Source: a virus (lineage: Duplodnaviria > Caudoviricetes). From it: 53,941 nucleotides of DNA. The DNA lies in the IMG/VR virus record IMGVR_UViG_3300024275_000010, positions 1 through 53,941 of that record; one strand, given 5' to 3'. Within the stretch, counting starts at the first letter, position 1. Every line of letters starts with the position of its first letter. A program made the translations under genes and the position numbers. Of the stretch, positions 1-10,251 are shown one piece after another. Below the pieces are notes generated by a model that had not been told where the DNA came from, searched no databases, and saw only the letters and a list, made by a program, of their open reading frames with translations.

Positions 1-36
1 CCAAAAAAACTTCGCAAACCACTATTTTGAGGTCCA

Positions 37-528
37 ATGACCAAGACTGCCCGTAAGCCCAGGTCCGACAGCGTCTCTAATGCTATCAGGATAATGCAGG
101 GAGCCAAGAGAGAAATAGCGCCACCGACACATATTCCGTTGCAGGATATTGATTGGCCGTTTTGGGAAAGTGTTGTCGCAGAATTCGCTCGAGCCGATTG
201 GACTGAGCATGCCCTTGAGTTAGCGGCGATGCTTGCTAGGACGATGGCGGAGGCAGAAGAGAATCAGCGGTTGATGCGCGAAGAAGGGGTGATTATCGAG
301 CGTGACACATTGAATAAAGAGGGTCAGGTCATCAGAACTGTCACAATTGAGAACCCTCGCGCGCGAGTTTGCCAGTCCCTGATGGGACAGATCCTTGCAC
401 TACGCCGCTCCCTAGCGCTCCACGCAAAAGCCAAGAGCGGATCTAATGCGGACGCAGGTAAGCAACGCGGCGCCAATAAGCGCACGGAACAAGCAGCGGC
501 AAACGAGGACGACGGCCTACTCTCATGA
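37..528 (+). CDS. terS: terminase small subunit (P27-like)
   Basis: GAGG RBS; directly upstream of terL with ATGA overlap; ENP...L motif typical of P27-like small subunits. Confidence 0.8.
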   Translation: MTKTARKPRSDSVSNAIRIMQGAKREIAPPTHIPLQDIDWPFWESVVAEFARADWTEHALELAAMLARTMAEAEENQRLMREEGVIIERDTLNKEGQVIRTVTIENPRARVCQSLMGQILALRRSLALHAKAKSGSNADAGKQRGANKRTEQAAANEDDGLLS

Positions 529-2039
529 CGCGTGGCGAGAAAGTCATTGCGTTTATTGAGAAGTATTGCAGGGTACCCTCCGGCAAGCTGGTAGGCAGAC
601 CGATCAAGCTTGACCGCTTTCAAAAGCGGTTCATTAAGAAGATTTACGACAATAAGGTTCGGACACGCCTAGCTATTTTGAGCATGGCGCGTAAGAATGG
701 TAAGACCGCCTTGATTGCGGGGTTGTGCTTAGCACACATCGTGGGACCAGAAGCCAGGCTCAATTCGCAGTTGGTTTCGGGGGCGATGTCCCGTGATCAG
801 GCGGCACTTGTGTTTGACCTGATGGTCAAGATGATCAATTTCCACCCCGAGCTGCAAGCTCGGACCAGGATCGTCCCGTCAGGCAAGCGCATTTATGGCT
901 TGAGCAAGAATGTCGAGTACCAAGCCCTAGCGGCAGAGGCCAAGACCAAGCACGGCCTGTCGCCCTGGCTGGTGATCTTTGACGAGCTTGGCCAGGTGCG
1001 CGGACCTAAAGACGATTTTGTTGAGGCGCTGGAAACTGCCCAAGGGGCATATGATGACGCTATGCAAATCGTCATCTCTACCCAGGCACCAACCGACGCG
1101 GACATGTTGTCCATCTGGATTGACGACGCGCTGGCTAGTGGCGACAAGGCCACGGTTATTGAGCTGCACACCGCGCCAGAAGACGCTGACTTGTTGGACC
1201 AAAAGGCATGGCACAAGGCCAATCCAGCCCTGGGCACTTTCCGTTCAGAAGTTGAGATGGCAAGCATGGCAGAGAAGGCTGCCAGAATGCCGAGCTTTGA
1301 GAATTCTTTCCGCAACCTTTATCTCAACCAGAGGATTGACCGTAACACCCCGTTCATCTCCAAGAATGTTTGGTTGAGCAATGGGGGTGAGACTCACGAT
1401 TGGGGACAGGCAGAGGTCCATTCCGGCCTTGACCTTTCTTCTACTTCAGATTTGACTGCCCATGTGCCGATCGCCCAGATTGACGGGCTGTGGGAGGTTA
1501 AGCCGGAATTCTGGTTGCCGGAACAGGGCTTGCGGGAAAAGTCAAAGGCTGACCGTATACCTTATGATGATTGGGTGCGCCAGGGCTTGATCCACACCAC
1601 GCCTGGCAAGGCCATTGAATATGAATATGTGGCCCACGCGCTGTACCGTTTTGATCAGACCCACAATTGGAAGAGTTGCGCTTTCGACCGCTGGGGTATG
1701 AAATACCTAAAGCCCTGGTTAGTTGCCGCTGGCTTTACCGAAGAGCGCATTGAGGAATTGTTCGTGGAGTTTGGACAGGGCTTTCAAAGCATGTCCCCCG
1801 CGCTCCGCGACACGGAATCAATGCTGCTGTCAGGCAAGGTGCGTCACGGAAATAATCCCGTGCTGCAAATGTGTGCCCAGAACGCCGTCGTGACGATGGA
1901 TCCGGCTGGCGGTCGAAAGTTGAACAAGGCTAAGTCCATCGGCCGGATTGACGGCATGGTGGCATTGACAATGGCCTTTGGAGTTGCGCCGCTTGAAACC
2001 GAAGCGGCGGAAGTGGATGTGCTCGCAATGGTAGCCTAG
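525..2039 (+). CDS. terL: terminase large subunit (HK97/cos-type)
   Basis: Walker A region ARKNGKT, Walker B VIFDELG, nuclease GLDLS..D, C-terminal RIDGMVAL. Confidence 0.97.
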   Translation: MTRGEKVIAFIEKYCRVPSGKLVGRPIKLDRFQKRFIKKIYDNKVRTRLAILSMARKNGKTALIAGLCLAHIVGPEARLNSQLVSGAMSRDQAALVFDLMVKMINFHPELQARTRIVPSGKRIYGLSKNVEYQALAAEAKTKHGLSPWLVIFDELGQVRGPKDDFVEALETAQGAYDDAMQIVISTQAPTDADMLSIWIDDALASGDKATVIELHTAPEDADLLDQKAWHKANPALGTFRSEVEMASMAEKAARMPSFENSFRNLYLNQRIDRNTPFISKNVWLSNGGETHDWGQAEVHSGLDLSSTSDLTAHVPIAQIDGLWEVKPEFWLPEQGLREKSKADRIPYDDWVRQGLIHTTPGKAIEYEYVAHALYRFDQTHNWKSCAFDRWGMKYLKPWLVAAGFTEERIEELFVEFGQGFQSMSPALRDTESMLLSGKVRHGNNPVLQMCAQNAVVTMDPAGGRKLNKAKSIGRIDGMVALTMAFGVAPLETEAAEVDVLAMVA

Positions 2040-2051
2040 AAAGGCGCGTCA

Positions 2052-2261
2052 ATGCCAACACCTCAGCTAGTTGCCAAGGCCACCTATGAGGAAATCATTC
2101 CTGGCGATTTTGTGCATCTAGCTAGTGGCGGACCAATTGGCCTGGTGCAAAAGGTTGAGAAGGGTCAAGCCACAGTGGTTTGGTTCAATGATCAGATGGA
2201 TCATTCAATGGTCCCTTGGGTTTGCTTGAGGCTGGTGCCTCGCGGAGAAATTGCCTTATGA
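2052..2261 (+). CDS. small YodC/DUF2158-like protein
   Basis: GDFVHLASGGP...V.WF pattern; AAGG RBS; ATGA overlap with next gene. Confidence 0.6.
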   Translation: MPTPQLVAKATYEEIIPGDFVHLASGGPIGLVQKVEKGQATVVWFNDQMDHSMVPWVCLRLVPRGEIAL

Positions 2262-4252
2262 CACAGGGAAAGATGGTCAACCAGATCAAATATACCGCTC
2301 GCCAGAGCGCAGAAGATCCGCTGGAGTTCATCCTTTCCGATGAGACCAAGGACCGTTATGGCGACATCATCAAGGCGGATGGCTGGGAGCTGGATAATTT
2401 CCGCCTCAACCCTATTGCCCTGTTCGGCCATGATAATGGCTTCCCCATCGGCAATTGGGAGAAGGTGCGCGTCGTCGGCAAGGAGCTGCGGGCAAGGCTG
2501 GCTCCGGCCATTGAGGGCACCTCCCAGCGCATTGATGAGATCATCTCTCTGGTCAAGCAACGGGTGTTGAAGGCAGCCAGCGTTGGCTTCAAGCCCTTGG
2601 CAGCGGAGCCATTGCCAGACGGCAGTGGCTTTCTTTATACCAAGCAGGAGCTGTTGGAGACATCAATCGTCTCGGTCCCAGCCAACCCTGCAGCCTTGGC
2701 TGTTGCCAAGCAAATGCATATTTCCGACGCTACCATTAAGGAGGTCTTTGGCGAGTCAGCCGGTAAGCCTCCGGAATTGGTGCGTCGTTCTACTGGCGTG
2801 TCCGCCACTCGTACCAACTCGAATATAGGGAATAAGAAGATGACACTGAGCAAGAGGATCGAGGACACCCAGGTACGCCTTGCTGCCCAGCAGAAGGAAC
2901 TTGAGCAGCACCTCGAAGGCATTGGCGAAGAGCCCACTGCCGAGGACAATGCCATCACGGCAGACCTCAATGAGAAGATCGGCAATACCAAGGAGAGCTT
3001 GGACAATCTGATTGAGTCCGAGCGCAACTTGGCCAATAACGTTCAGCGTGCAGTCGAGACTGGCGTTGAGCAGCGTCCGGGACAGCCCAAGGTTTGGGCC
3101 GCACCCGCCAAGAAGGTCGAGCCACTGGATTATATCTTCCGGGCTTTGACTGCCAAGGTGGTCTCTCACGTGCACAATCGCCCATTGGTTGACGCCATGC
3201 GCGCTTGTTACGGTGAGGACGTCGCCACCAAGGCGGTGATGGACCGTATCATTGGCATCAATGAGCCGTTCGGTGAGAATGGCTTCATCGAAACCAAGGC
3301 TGCAGTGGCGCCTGCCGACACAGCAACGACAGCTTGGGCCGCTGCCCTGGTGACGACCGCCATTGGCGACTTCTTTGACCTGTTGATGCCGGATTCGGTC
3401 TACCCTAGCCTTTCCAACCTGGGTGGAAGGTTCACCTTCGGCAGGAACGGTACGGTCTCGCTACCGACCCGTTCAGCCACTCCGACGATCGCGGGTTCGT
3501 TCGTTGGTGAGGGTGCGCCTATTCCGGTCCGCAAGGCTGGTTTCACCAGCGTTCCTCTGACGCCCAAGAAAATGGCGGTTATCACCACCATGACTCGGGA
3601 GATCACGGAGCGTTCAACGCCGGCAATCGAGGGGCTGCTGCGCAGCATCATCCAAGAAGACACTGCGGTTTCCATCGACAGCGTCTTGCTGGACAACAAT
3701 GCGGCGACTTCGGTCCGACCTGTGGGCCTGCGCAATGGCATCACCACGGCAGCGGGCACGGCTGGCGGTGGCTTTGCGGCGGTCACAGCCGACCTCAAGG
3801 GCATGCTGACCACCCTGGTCACCAACACCAACGGCAACATCCGTTCGCCGGCATTCCTCATGAACCCAATTCAGGCTATCGCCCTGGGCTTTGTGCAGAA
3901 TGCAGGTGGTGATCTGGTGTTCAAGGAGGAGATCGGCAACGGTCGCCTCAATGGCTACCCGGTGATCCAGTCTGGCACGGTGCCGGCTGGTGTGGTCATA
4001 TTGATCGATGCGGCGGACTTCTTCTCCGCTACGGACGACAATCCTCGCTTCGACATCAGCGACCAGACCGTCCTGCACATGGAGGACACCACCCCGTTGG
4101 CAATCGGTACTGCCGGTGCACCAGCGACGGTGGCGGCGCCAGCCCAGTCCATGTTCCAGACGGATTGCATCGCACTGCGCATGATCCTGCCGATGAGCTG
4201 GGCAATGCGTCGTTCGGGCGTTCTGGTGGAGCGCACCGCAGTCACCTGGTAA
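2258..4252 (+). CDS. fused HK97 prohead protease - major capsid protein
   Basis: Protease motifs DRYGD, NPIALFGH, ASVGF, LLETSIVSVPANP; HK97 capsid motifs VGEGAPIP, LTPKKMA, GRLNGYPVI; start moved to ATG 2258; in-frame ATG with RBS at 2840. Confidence 0.95.
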   Translation: MTQGKMVNQIKYTARQSAEDPLEFILSDETKDRYGDIIKADGWELDNFRLNPIALFGHDNGFPIGNWEKVRVVGKELRARLAPAIEGTSQRIDEIISLVKQRVLKAASVGFKPLAAEPLPDGSGFLYTKQELLETSIVSVPANPAALAVAKQMHISDATIKEVFGESAGKPPELVRRSTGVSATRTNSNIGNKKMTLSKRIEDTQVRLAAQQKELEQHLEGIGEEPTAEDNAITADLNEKIGNTKESLDNLIESERNLANNVQRAVETGVEQRPGQPKVWAAPAKKVEPLDYIFRALTAKVVSHVHNRPLVDAMRACYGEDVATKAVMDRIIGINEPFGENGFIETKAAVAPADTATTAWAAALVTTAIGDFFDLLMPDSVYPSLSNLGGRFTFGRNGTVSLPTRSATPTIAGSFVGEGAPIPVRKAGFTSVPLTPKKMAVITTMTREITERSTPAIEGLLRSIIQEDTAVSIDSVLLDNNAATSVRPVGLRNGITTAAGTAGGGFAAVTADLKGMLTTLVTNTNGNIRSPAFLMNPIQAIALGFVQNAGGDLVFKEEIGNGRLNGYPVIQSGTVPAGVVILIDAADFFSATDDNPRFDISDQTVLHMEDTTPLAIGTAGAPATVAAPAQSMFQTDCIALRMILPMSWAMRRSGVLVERTAVTW

Positions 4253-4259
4253 TTGGTTA

Positions 4260-4301
4260 GGGGCGGTGGTGGTTGTTCCCCTTTTCAGCCATTGCCGTCC
4301 C
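4260..4301 (+). terminator. long GU-rich hairpin after the capsid gene (terminator or mRNA stabiliser)
   Basis: GGGGCGGTGGTGGTTG (4260-4275) pairs with CAGCCATTGCCGTCCC (4286-4301) using G-U pairs; followed by GTTTTG. Confidence 0.5.
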
Positions 4302-4330
4302 GACGTTTTGTGTGAGTGAAAGGAAATTCA

Positions 4331-4645
4331 ATGCCCGACGAAAATGCGAACAACAAGGCAGCGGCGGAATCCGTTGAGACCAGCCGCAAGGCAGCCATCA
4401 AGTCGCGTGACGAGCAGCTGAAGGAAGAGCACAAGGCGTCCGAGGACGCCACCAAGGAGCAGCTCGACCGCGTGGCCAATTTGCGCCCCACCCCAACTCA
4501 AGAAGAGAATGATCGGGCCAAGTTGGGCCTGCATTCCGTCGAGGAGCTGGACGACAAGGAAGGCGACGGCTCTCCGGAAGAGCGTGAAGCTTCTGCCGGC
4601 AAGGGCACAGCAGGCGCACTCAACCGCTCTGTTTCGACAAAGTAA
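4331..4645 (+). CDS. hypothetical head-module protein
   Basis: AAAGGA RBS before ATG 4331; charged protein with PTPTQEEND motif. Confidence 0.65.
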   Translation: MPDENANNKAAAESVETSRKAAIKSRDEQLKEEHKASEDATKEQLDRVANLRPTPTQEENDRAKLGLHSVEELDDKEGDGSPEEREASAGKGTAGALNRSVSTK

Positions 4646-4652
4646 ATAGGTC

Positions 4653-6044
4653 TTGAGCCTATTTTCAAGGCTCCTGTCGATTTTCCGGACGCAAAATTAT
4701 GCGGAAGGACAATATCGACAGGGGCCGTACTATTTGCCCAATTCTGGTGGGTGGCTGTCCGAACAGGCTGGCCAGTATTGGAATTGGTGGCAGCTCGGTT
4801 ATAACATCGAGCAGGGTGGGCGCTCGGCCATGGTCGAGGCGTGCGTTGCAGCTTATGCCCAGACCATCGCCATGTGCCCTGGCAACCATTGGTATTGGGA
4901 AGAAGCAAAAGGTCGCTCCAGGGTCCCCACCAGCGCACTGACACGGGTCATTCGCAAGCCGAATGAATATCAGAGCATTTCTGATTTCATGCTCAACCTT
5001 GTGTACGACATGATGGGCGGCAATGCCTACGCCTTGGCTCGTCGCAACAATCGGTTTGAAATTGAAGAGCTTCACTTGTTCAACGGCACCACAAGCTTTG
5101 CCCAGGTGTCAGAAAGTGGTGAGGTGTTCTATTCCCTCAGCGGCAATGAGGTCGTCGAGCGGATGCTGGGCGGTGTTAAGTCCCTGATGGTGCCAGCCAG
5201 GGACGTATTGCACCTAAGGATGCACACTCCACGCCACCCCTTGGTCGGGGAAAGCCCGATTGTAGCGGCGGCACTGCAGATGGCGGCAGGCAATCAAGCC
5301 TTGCTTCAGCAGGTGACATTTTACGCCAATCAGGCGCGTCCCAGCTTTGTGCTGACGACCGATCAAGTGTTGTCGCGCGAGCAGGCCACCACCTTGCGTG
5401 AGCTTTGGAATGAGCAGTCCCAGGGCTTGAACCAAGGCAAGACTCCGGTGTTGACTGCGGGCTTGAAGGCCCAGCCGCTTTCCACCAATGCGGACGACGC
5501 CCAGCTGATTGAGCTGCTCAAGCTTTCAGACCAGGCTGTGGCCAATGTGTTCCGGGTTCCGCTGCAGAAGCTGGGCCTGGGCAACACAACTTATTCTTCC
5601 ACAGAAGCCCTCAACAGTGATTGGCTGGCTTCCGGCCTGGGCTTTGCTCTCAACCACATTGAAGAAGCCTTCGGCAATTTGTTCAAGCTCAAGGGCCAGC
5701 CAGACGAATATCTAGAATTTGACACATCTGCCCTGTTGCGCTCGTCCTTCAAGGAAAGGATGGAAGGCTGGACCGCAGGGACCAAGGGCGGTGTCATTGC
5801 CCGCAATGAAGCCAGGATGGAATTCGAGCTCAAGCCGGTCGAAGGTGGCGACGAGCCTTGGGTGCAGCAGCAAGATATTCCGCTTTCTGTGGCGTTTGAG
5901 AATGCCAAGAACCCGCCACCGCCACCTCCTCCACCCCCATCTCCGGCACCTGACCCTAATGCGCCAGAGCCGGACCCACAGGCAGCCGCGAAGTTTATCG
6001 CAGACTTCCGCCAGCAATTGACGGAGCATTTGGATGCAGCTTGA
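4653..6044 (+). CDS. portal protein, HK97 family
   Basis: KPNEYQS, GNAYA, DVLHLR, G.SPI, VANVFRVP, RNEAR motifs; Pro-rich C-terminus. Confidence 0.95.
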   Translation: MSLFSRLLSIFRTQNYAEGQYRQGPYYLPNSGGWLSEQAGQYWNWWQLGYNIEQGGRSAMVEACVAAYAQTIAMCPGNHWYWEEAKGRSRVPTSALTRVIRKPNEYQSISDFMLNLVYDMMGGNAYALARRNNRFEIEELHLFNGTTSFAQVSESGEVFYSLSGNEVVERMLGGVKSLMVPARDVLHLRMHTPRHPLVGESPIVAAALQMAAGNQALLQQVTFYANQARPSFVLTTDQVLSREQATTLRELWNEQSQGLNQGKTPVLTAGLKAQPLSTNADDAQLIELLKLSDQAVANVFRVPLQKLGLGNTTYSSTEALNSDWLASGLGFALNHIEEAFGNLFKLKGQPDEYLEFDTSALLRSSFKERMEGWTAGTKGGVIARNEARMEFELKPVEGGDEPWVQQQDIPLSVAFENAKNPPPPPPPPPSPAPDPNAPEPDPQAAAKFIADFRQQLTEHLDAA

Positions 6045-6975
6045 TGCCAGGGCGCTTGCCGCCGAGACCACGGACATCGTCCGTAAGCATGTCACACAGG
6101 CCACAGCGCCTTTGCTGCAGCAGATTGAAGACCTTAAGCGTAGCCAAGGGCTGGACCGTCAGGCAATGCAGGATGTGATTCTGGCAGAAATTGCCCGCAA
6201 TGAGGACTTGCGCAATGCGGAGTTCCGGGCGGCAATGGCAGAAGCCAGAGAGAAATTGTCTGGGTTGGAGCTGGAGCTCCGAGCCAAGCTTGCTGAGCTC
6301 AAGGACGGAACTGATGGCAAGGACGGCAAAGACGGTGCCCCGGGGGAAAAGGGTGAGCCTGGCGAGCAGGGCTTGCAAGGCCCACAGGGCGAGCGCGGGG
6401 AAAAGGGTGACCAGGGCCCACAAGGTGAGCGCGGCGAGCCTGGAGCACAGGGAGATCGTGGCCTGGACGGATCTACGGGCGAACGGGGCGAAAAAGGCGA
6501 CAAGGGTGAGCCTGGCGAGCATGGAGAACGGGGTGAGCCTGGAGAGCGCGGAGAGCGCGGCGAACCTGGTGCCCAGGGCGAACGGGGTGATCCCGGTGAG
6601 CGGGGCGCAGACGGCATTGACGGTAAGGACGCCTACGTAGGTGAGGCCAAGGGGCTTTACGATCCCAAGGCGGTTTACCGCGCCATGGACACGGTTTCCT
6701 TGAACGGTAGCGAATGGCGTGCCAAGCAGGACGACCCAGGGCCGCTGCCGGGAGAAGGTTGGATGCTTTCCGCCCAGCGCGGCAAGCGTGGCGAGCAGGG
6801 CTTGCGCGGCGAGCCTGGCACAGAAGGCAAGGCGGGCAAGGATGGCGCACAGGCTGTGGACATTTCCTTGCAGATGCCGGACATGAAATTGATTACCACG
6901 TTGGACAATGGCAATCAGCTTGAGGCAGATTTTTTCCCGATCGCTCGTTCTATTCAGGAGCATTTGAATGGCTAA
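6034..6975 (+). CDS. collagen-like (Gly-X-Y) fibre protein
   Basis: Long uninterrupted G-X-Y run (GEKGEPGEQG...) after an N-terminal coiled-coil-like segment. Confidence 0.85.
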   Translation: MQLDARALAAETTDIVRKHVTQATAPLLQQIEDLKRSQGLDRQAMQDVILAEIARNEDLRNAEFRAAMAEAREKLSGLELELRAKLAELKDGTDGKDGKDGAPGEKGEPGEQGLQGPQGERGEKGDQGPQGERGEPGAQGDRGLDGSTGERGEKGDKGEPGEHGERGEPGERGERGEPGAQGERGDPGERGADGIDGKDAYVGEAKGLYDPKAVYRAMDTVSLNGSEWRAKQDDPGPLPGEGWMLSAQRGKRGEQGLRGEPGTEGKAGKDGAQAVDISLQMPDMKLITTLDNGNQLEADFFPIARSIQEHLNG

Positions 6976-7429
6976 TATTGTCGCGAACATCGCCAAGGGC
7001 AGGGTGGTCGAATACTACAATCGCGTCAAGGCGAATGATCCTGCCAACTCCGCATTGATCTTGGTGCCGATCGAAACTTCCGGGTTGGAAGCGGACAGCG
7101 TCCTGATCGACAAGGATGATCTTGCCGCTTGGCTAGCGGGCACAACCAATGAGCAAACCACGATGGGTCGTAAGACCTTGACGGATGCGGACCTGGTGGC
7201 CCTGCCAGCGCCGGACGACACCAATGACCGGTATGAGGTGTCATTGCCCACCACAACTTGGACAGCAGCAACTGGCAATGCTATCTCCAAGATCCTGGTT
7301 TGTTACGACAGTGACACGACCAGCGGCACGGACAGCAACATCATCCCGCTATGCCAGTTTGACTTTGCTATCACGCCAAGCGGTGCTGATATCCAGATGA
7401 CGACTGGTGTGTTCTTCAGGGCCAGCTGA
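6968..7429 (+). CDS. putative virion structural protein
   Basis: CAGGAG RBS; beta-rich composition; inside structural operon. Confidence 0.6.
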   Translation: MANIVANIAKGRVVEYYNRVKANDPANSALILVPIETSGLEADSVLIDKDDLAAWLAGTTNEQTTMGRKTLTDADLVALPAPDDTNDRYEVSLPTTTWTAATGNAISKILVCYDSDTTSGTDSNIIPLCQFDFAITPSGADIQMTTGVFFRAS

Positions 7430-7653
7430 TGAAGGTCGGAGCTCGTTGCCAGACCTGCATTCAGTCAACCCGCAAGGGATTGCTGTGGCTGAGTGGGGAC
7501 GACTGGCTGACTTGTCCGGATTGCAATGGCACGACGGTCATTGATATGGTCGAGGAAAAGATTGCTCCTGTTGAACGGACGATCAGTATTCCTGGTGTAG
7601 GGACGGTCCAAGTCCCTAAGCACCACCCACTCGTTGAAAGGCTGCGTGCATGA
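7429..7653 (+). CDS. small Zn-ribbon protein
   Basis: CQTC...CPDC; coupled to neighbours on both sides. Confidence 0.55.
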   Translation: MKVGARCQTCIQSTRKGLLWLSGDDWLTCPDCNGTTVIDMVEEKIAPVERTISIPGVGTVQVPKHHPLVERLRA

Positions 7654-8096
7654 GCATTTATTCCTTGGCACAGGCTTCTACCTCCACAACTTCCGGCAAC
7701 TGTGCGGCGGACGTCGCCAGCCCGACCGCCAGTGGTGTTCGTCCGCGCCTCATGGAATATGGCTTGTTCCTTGGAGCAGCCACCGCCTCTATCTTCTCTC
7801 TGCGACGCATGTCCGCCTTGGGCACTCGCACCACACCTACAGCTTTGATTGCTGAGGATGTAGGCGATGAAGCATTGGCCGGCATCAAGCTAGTTGACCA
7901 GGCTGTCGCTTTCTCGGTAGAACCGACCGAGTTCACGACCAAGCTGAGGGCGATTGGCTTGCCTGGCACTATTGGCGTGGGGGTCATCTGGACATTCCCA
8001 CGCGGCATCACAATAGCTCAGCAGCTTTCAGTTGGCATCATTCACGACGGCACCAATGCGGCATCCCACTTCCACAATGTAGTTTGTGATATCTAG
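7650..8096 (+). CDS. putative virion structural protein
   Basis: ATGA coupling; beta-rich; position in operon. Confidence 0.55.
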   Translation: MSIYSLAQASTSTTSGNCAADVASPTASGVRPRLMEYGLFLGAATASIFSLRRMSALGTRTTPTALIAEDVGDEALAGIKLVDQAVAFSVEPTEFTTKLRAIGLPGTIGVGVIWTFPRGITIAQQLSVGIIHDGTNAASHFHNVVCDI

Positions 8097-8106
8097 GAGG
8101 CTCTGA

Positions 8107-10245
8107 GTGGCCTTCAGTTATTGGCGGACCGGGAACTTTGGCGGCGGCAACTTTGTAGCTTCTGCTAACCAAAGTCAAGATGCCAGCATCCGCAACAATG
8201 GCTGGGGAGAAAGTCCTGGACTTTATGCCCCAGGGGGTTGGGGTCGTCAAGACTGGAATAAGTGGCTATTTTCTGCCAGCTGCCTGAGGGTTGGTCCTGG
8301 GTCAGCCAGGGTTACGGTTCTTCTTTCCACTACCGGAGCGGGGACTTTCACCCTTCCAGGTGATGCAGATGTATCCATCTCGGCGGACGTTATCTGTATT
8401 GGCGGCGGCGCGGGTGGCCAAAGGGCTGGGAACGGCGACGGATTCGGCGCTAACGGCGGTTCGGCTGGCGCATGGTCGACGACGACCGGGCTTTCGCTTT
8501 CGGGTCTAACGTCCGGTGTCTCGTCGGTTTTTGTCAGCATCGGCGCGGGCGGCCTTGGCGGTACGACGTCGGGTAGCGGCGGCGGCGACGGCGCCGACAC
8601 ATGGCTAAACAAGACCTCGAACGCGGCGCCCTCGGCGACGACTGACGGATGCTTGGCAAAGGGTGGGCCTGGCACTCCTTACGGCAGTTCCAACCCGCTT
8701 GGCGGCGCTGCGTCAAGCTGCGTCGGAACATCGAAATTCTCCGGTGGCGCTGCTGGTGGTGGTGGCACAGGAACGGGAGCGGGCGGCGGCGGAGGCGCGG
8801 CGGCGGGCTGCTCACTTGGAGTTGGCGCCAACGGCGGCACAGCAGGAAGCCCTGCTACGGGCGACGGAGGCGGCGGCGGAGGTGGCGGGCAGAACGGAAG
8901 CACTGGCGGCGGCTCGGGTACAAGCATTAACGGCGCTGCCGGCGGTCAAACGCGGGCGGCAACAGCGGGCGGATCCGGCGGCGTTGGCGCGGATGGTGGC
9001 GCGGGTCCGACAAGCGGCGGCGGTGGTGGTGGCGGCTCCGGCCGCAACGTGAATAGCGCGGCTGCCTTTGATGGTGGCGACGGTGGTGCTGGCACTGAGT
9101 ATTTTGTTGATGCTATTGGGGCATATAGGGGTGCGGGCGGCGGCGGCGGCGGCGGCGGCGGTTCGGACAATACCGGTGCGACGTCCGGCAGGGGTGGTGA
9201 CGCTGGTTTGTACGGCGCGGGGGGTGGCGGTTGTGGTGGGGCACCGACGACAGTCCGTGGGGGCAATGGTGCTCAAGGCGCGATCTTTTTCTCCTACACT
9301 ACGTCTGTTGCGTCTGCCGCTTCAATTGCTGTGGGTCTGTCAGCGGAAACAGACACGAGCCTGGCAAGAGGCACCGCACTCGGGATCGGCCTGTCCTCGG
9401 GCACCAATACCGCTTTTGCCCTGGGCGCTTCGCTCGTTGCTGCCACAGGCCTTGCGACCGAAACTGATGCTTCGCTAGCTCTATCTGCCAAGCTGCTGCG
9501 GGCCACAGGTCTTGCGACCGAAACTGATGCCTCTTTAGCCCTAGGCGGTAAGCTGATAATTGTTGCTGGTCTGTCTCAAGAAACAGACAGCTCTTTGGCT
9601 CTAGCAGCCAAGCTTATCAGGTCCATAGGCCTATCTGCTGAGACCGACACCGCTCTTGCGTTGGGTAGTGCGAGACCAGCGGGATCGTCGGTTGAGACCG
9701 ACACTGCTCTCGCCCTGGTGCAAAAGTTAATCCGCGCTGTTGGGTTGGCCACCGAGACCGACACTGCGTTGGCCTTGCTCCAAGGGGGCTCGGCAATATC
9801 TGCTGGCCTCTCGACGGAAACCGATTCCGCCAGGGCGCTTGGGATTGCCAACGGTGCTGGTAGCTGCAGCGAAACCGACACCGCGATTGCTCGTGGTTTT
9901 GCAACCTTGGTCGGGGTGTCGCTTGAGACAGACAACTCTCAAGCCTTGCAGCCTAAGGCAGTGCGCAATGTTGGTTTGGCGACGGAAACAGACACGGCGT
10001 TTGCCAGGTCATTGGTTCAATCCAGGACTGCGGGGCTGTCGGCAGAGAACGATAATGTGTTGTCGCTCGGCACGGGGATATTGTCGGGCAGGTCTGATGA
10101 GATTGACGAGGCACTGGAGCTGCACCCTGCTTCCCCAGTGGATGTTCCTCCAAACAGAACGACCCATGCACCCAACTCGTCTAGCACTACCAAGGCCAAT
10201 GTCCGCACCAACACCACTTATGCGCCTAGGCGCTCTGCAGCATGA
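8107..10245 (+). CDS. glycine-rich fibre/appendage protein with C-terminal ETD repeats
   Basis: AGGAGG RBS; poly-Gly region, then about 14 repeats of G(L)xxETDxxxA. Confidence 0.75.
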   Translation: MAFSYWRTGNFGGGNFVASANQSQDASIRNNGWGESPGLYAPGGWGRQDWNKWLFSASCLRVGPGSARVTVLLSTTGAGTFTLPGDADVSISADVICIGGGAGGQRAGNGDGFGANGGSAGAWSTTTGLSLSGLTSGVSSVFVSIGAGGLGGTTSGSGGGDGADTWLNKTSNAAPSATTDGCLAKGGPGTPYGSSNPLGGAASSCVGTSKFSGGAAGGGGTGTGAGGGGGAAAGCSLGVGANGGTAGSPATGDGGGGGGGGQNGSTGGGSGTSINGAAGGQTRAATAGGSGGVGADGGAGPTSGGGGGGGSGRNVNSAAAFDGGDGGAGTEYFVDAIGAYRGAGGGGGGGGGSDNTGATSGRGGDAGLYGAGGGGCGGAPTTVRGGNGAQGAIFFSYTTSVASAASIAVGLSAETDTSLARGTALGIGLSSGTNTAFALGASLVAATGLATETDASLALSAKLLRATGLATETDASLALGGKLIIVAGLSQETDSSLALAAKLIRSIGLSAETDTALALGSARPAGSSVETDTALALVQKLIRAVGLATETDTALALLQGGSAISAGLSTETDSARALGIANGAGSCSETDTAIARGFATLVGVSLETDNSQALQPKAVRNVGLATETDTAFARSLVQSRTAGLSAENDNVLSLGTGILSGRSDEIDEALELHPASPVDVPPNRTTHAPNSSSTTKANVRTNTTYAPRRSAA
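9331..10110 (+). repeat. degenerate coding tandem repeats (16-22 aa period)
   Basis: GCCACAGG(C/T)CTTGCGACCGAAACTGATGC occurs twice 60 bp apart (~9442, ~9502); GAGACCGACAC recurs. Confidence 0.8.
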
Positions 10246-10251
10246 GGTGAA

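Noticed and set aside
5995-6996. Long antisense and alternative-frame ORFs over the collagen, capsid and Gly-rich genes
   Set aside because: Shadow ORFs caused by repetitive GC-rich codons; no RBS or recognisable motifs
9130-9165. (GGC)n run as a phase-variable microsatellite
   Set aside because: In-frame triplet encoding poly-Gly; slippage would not change the frame
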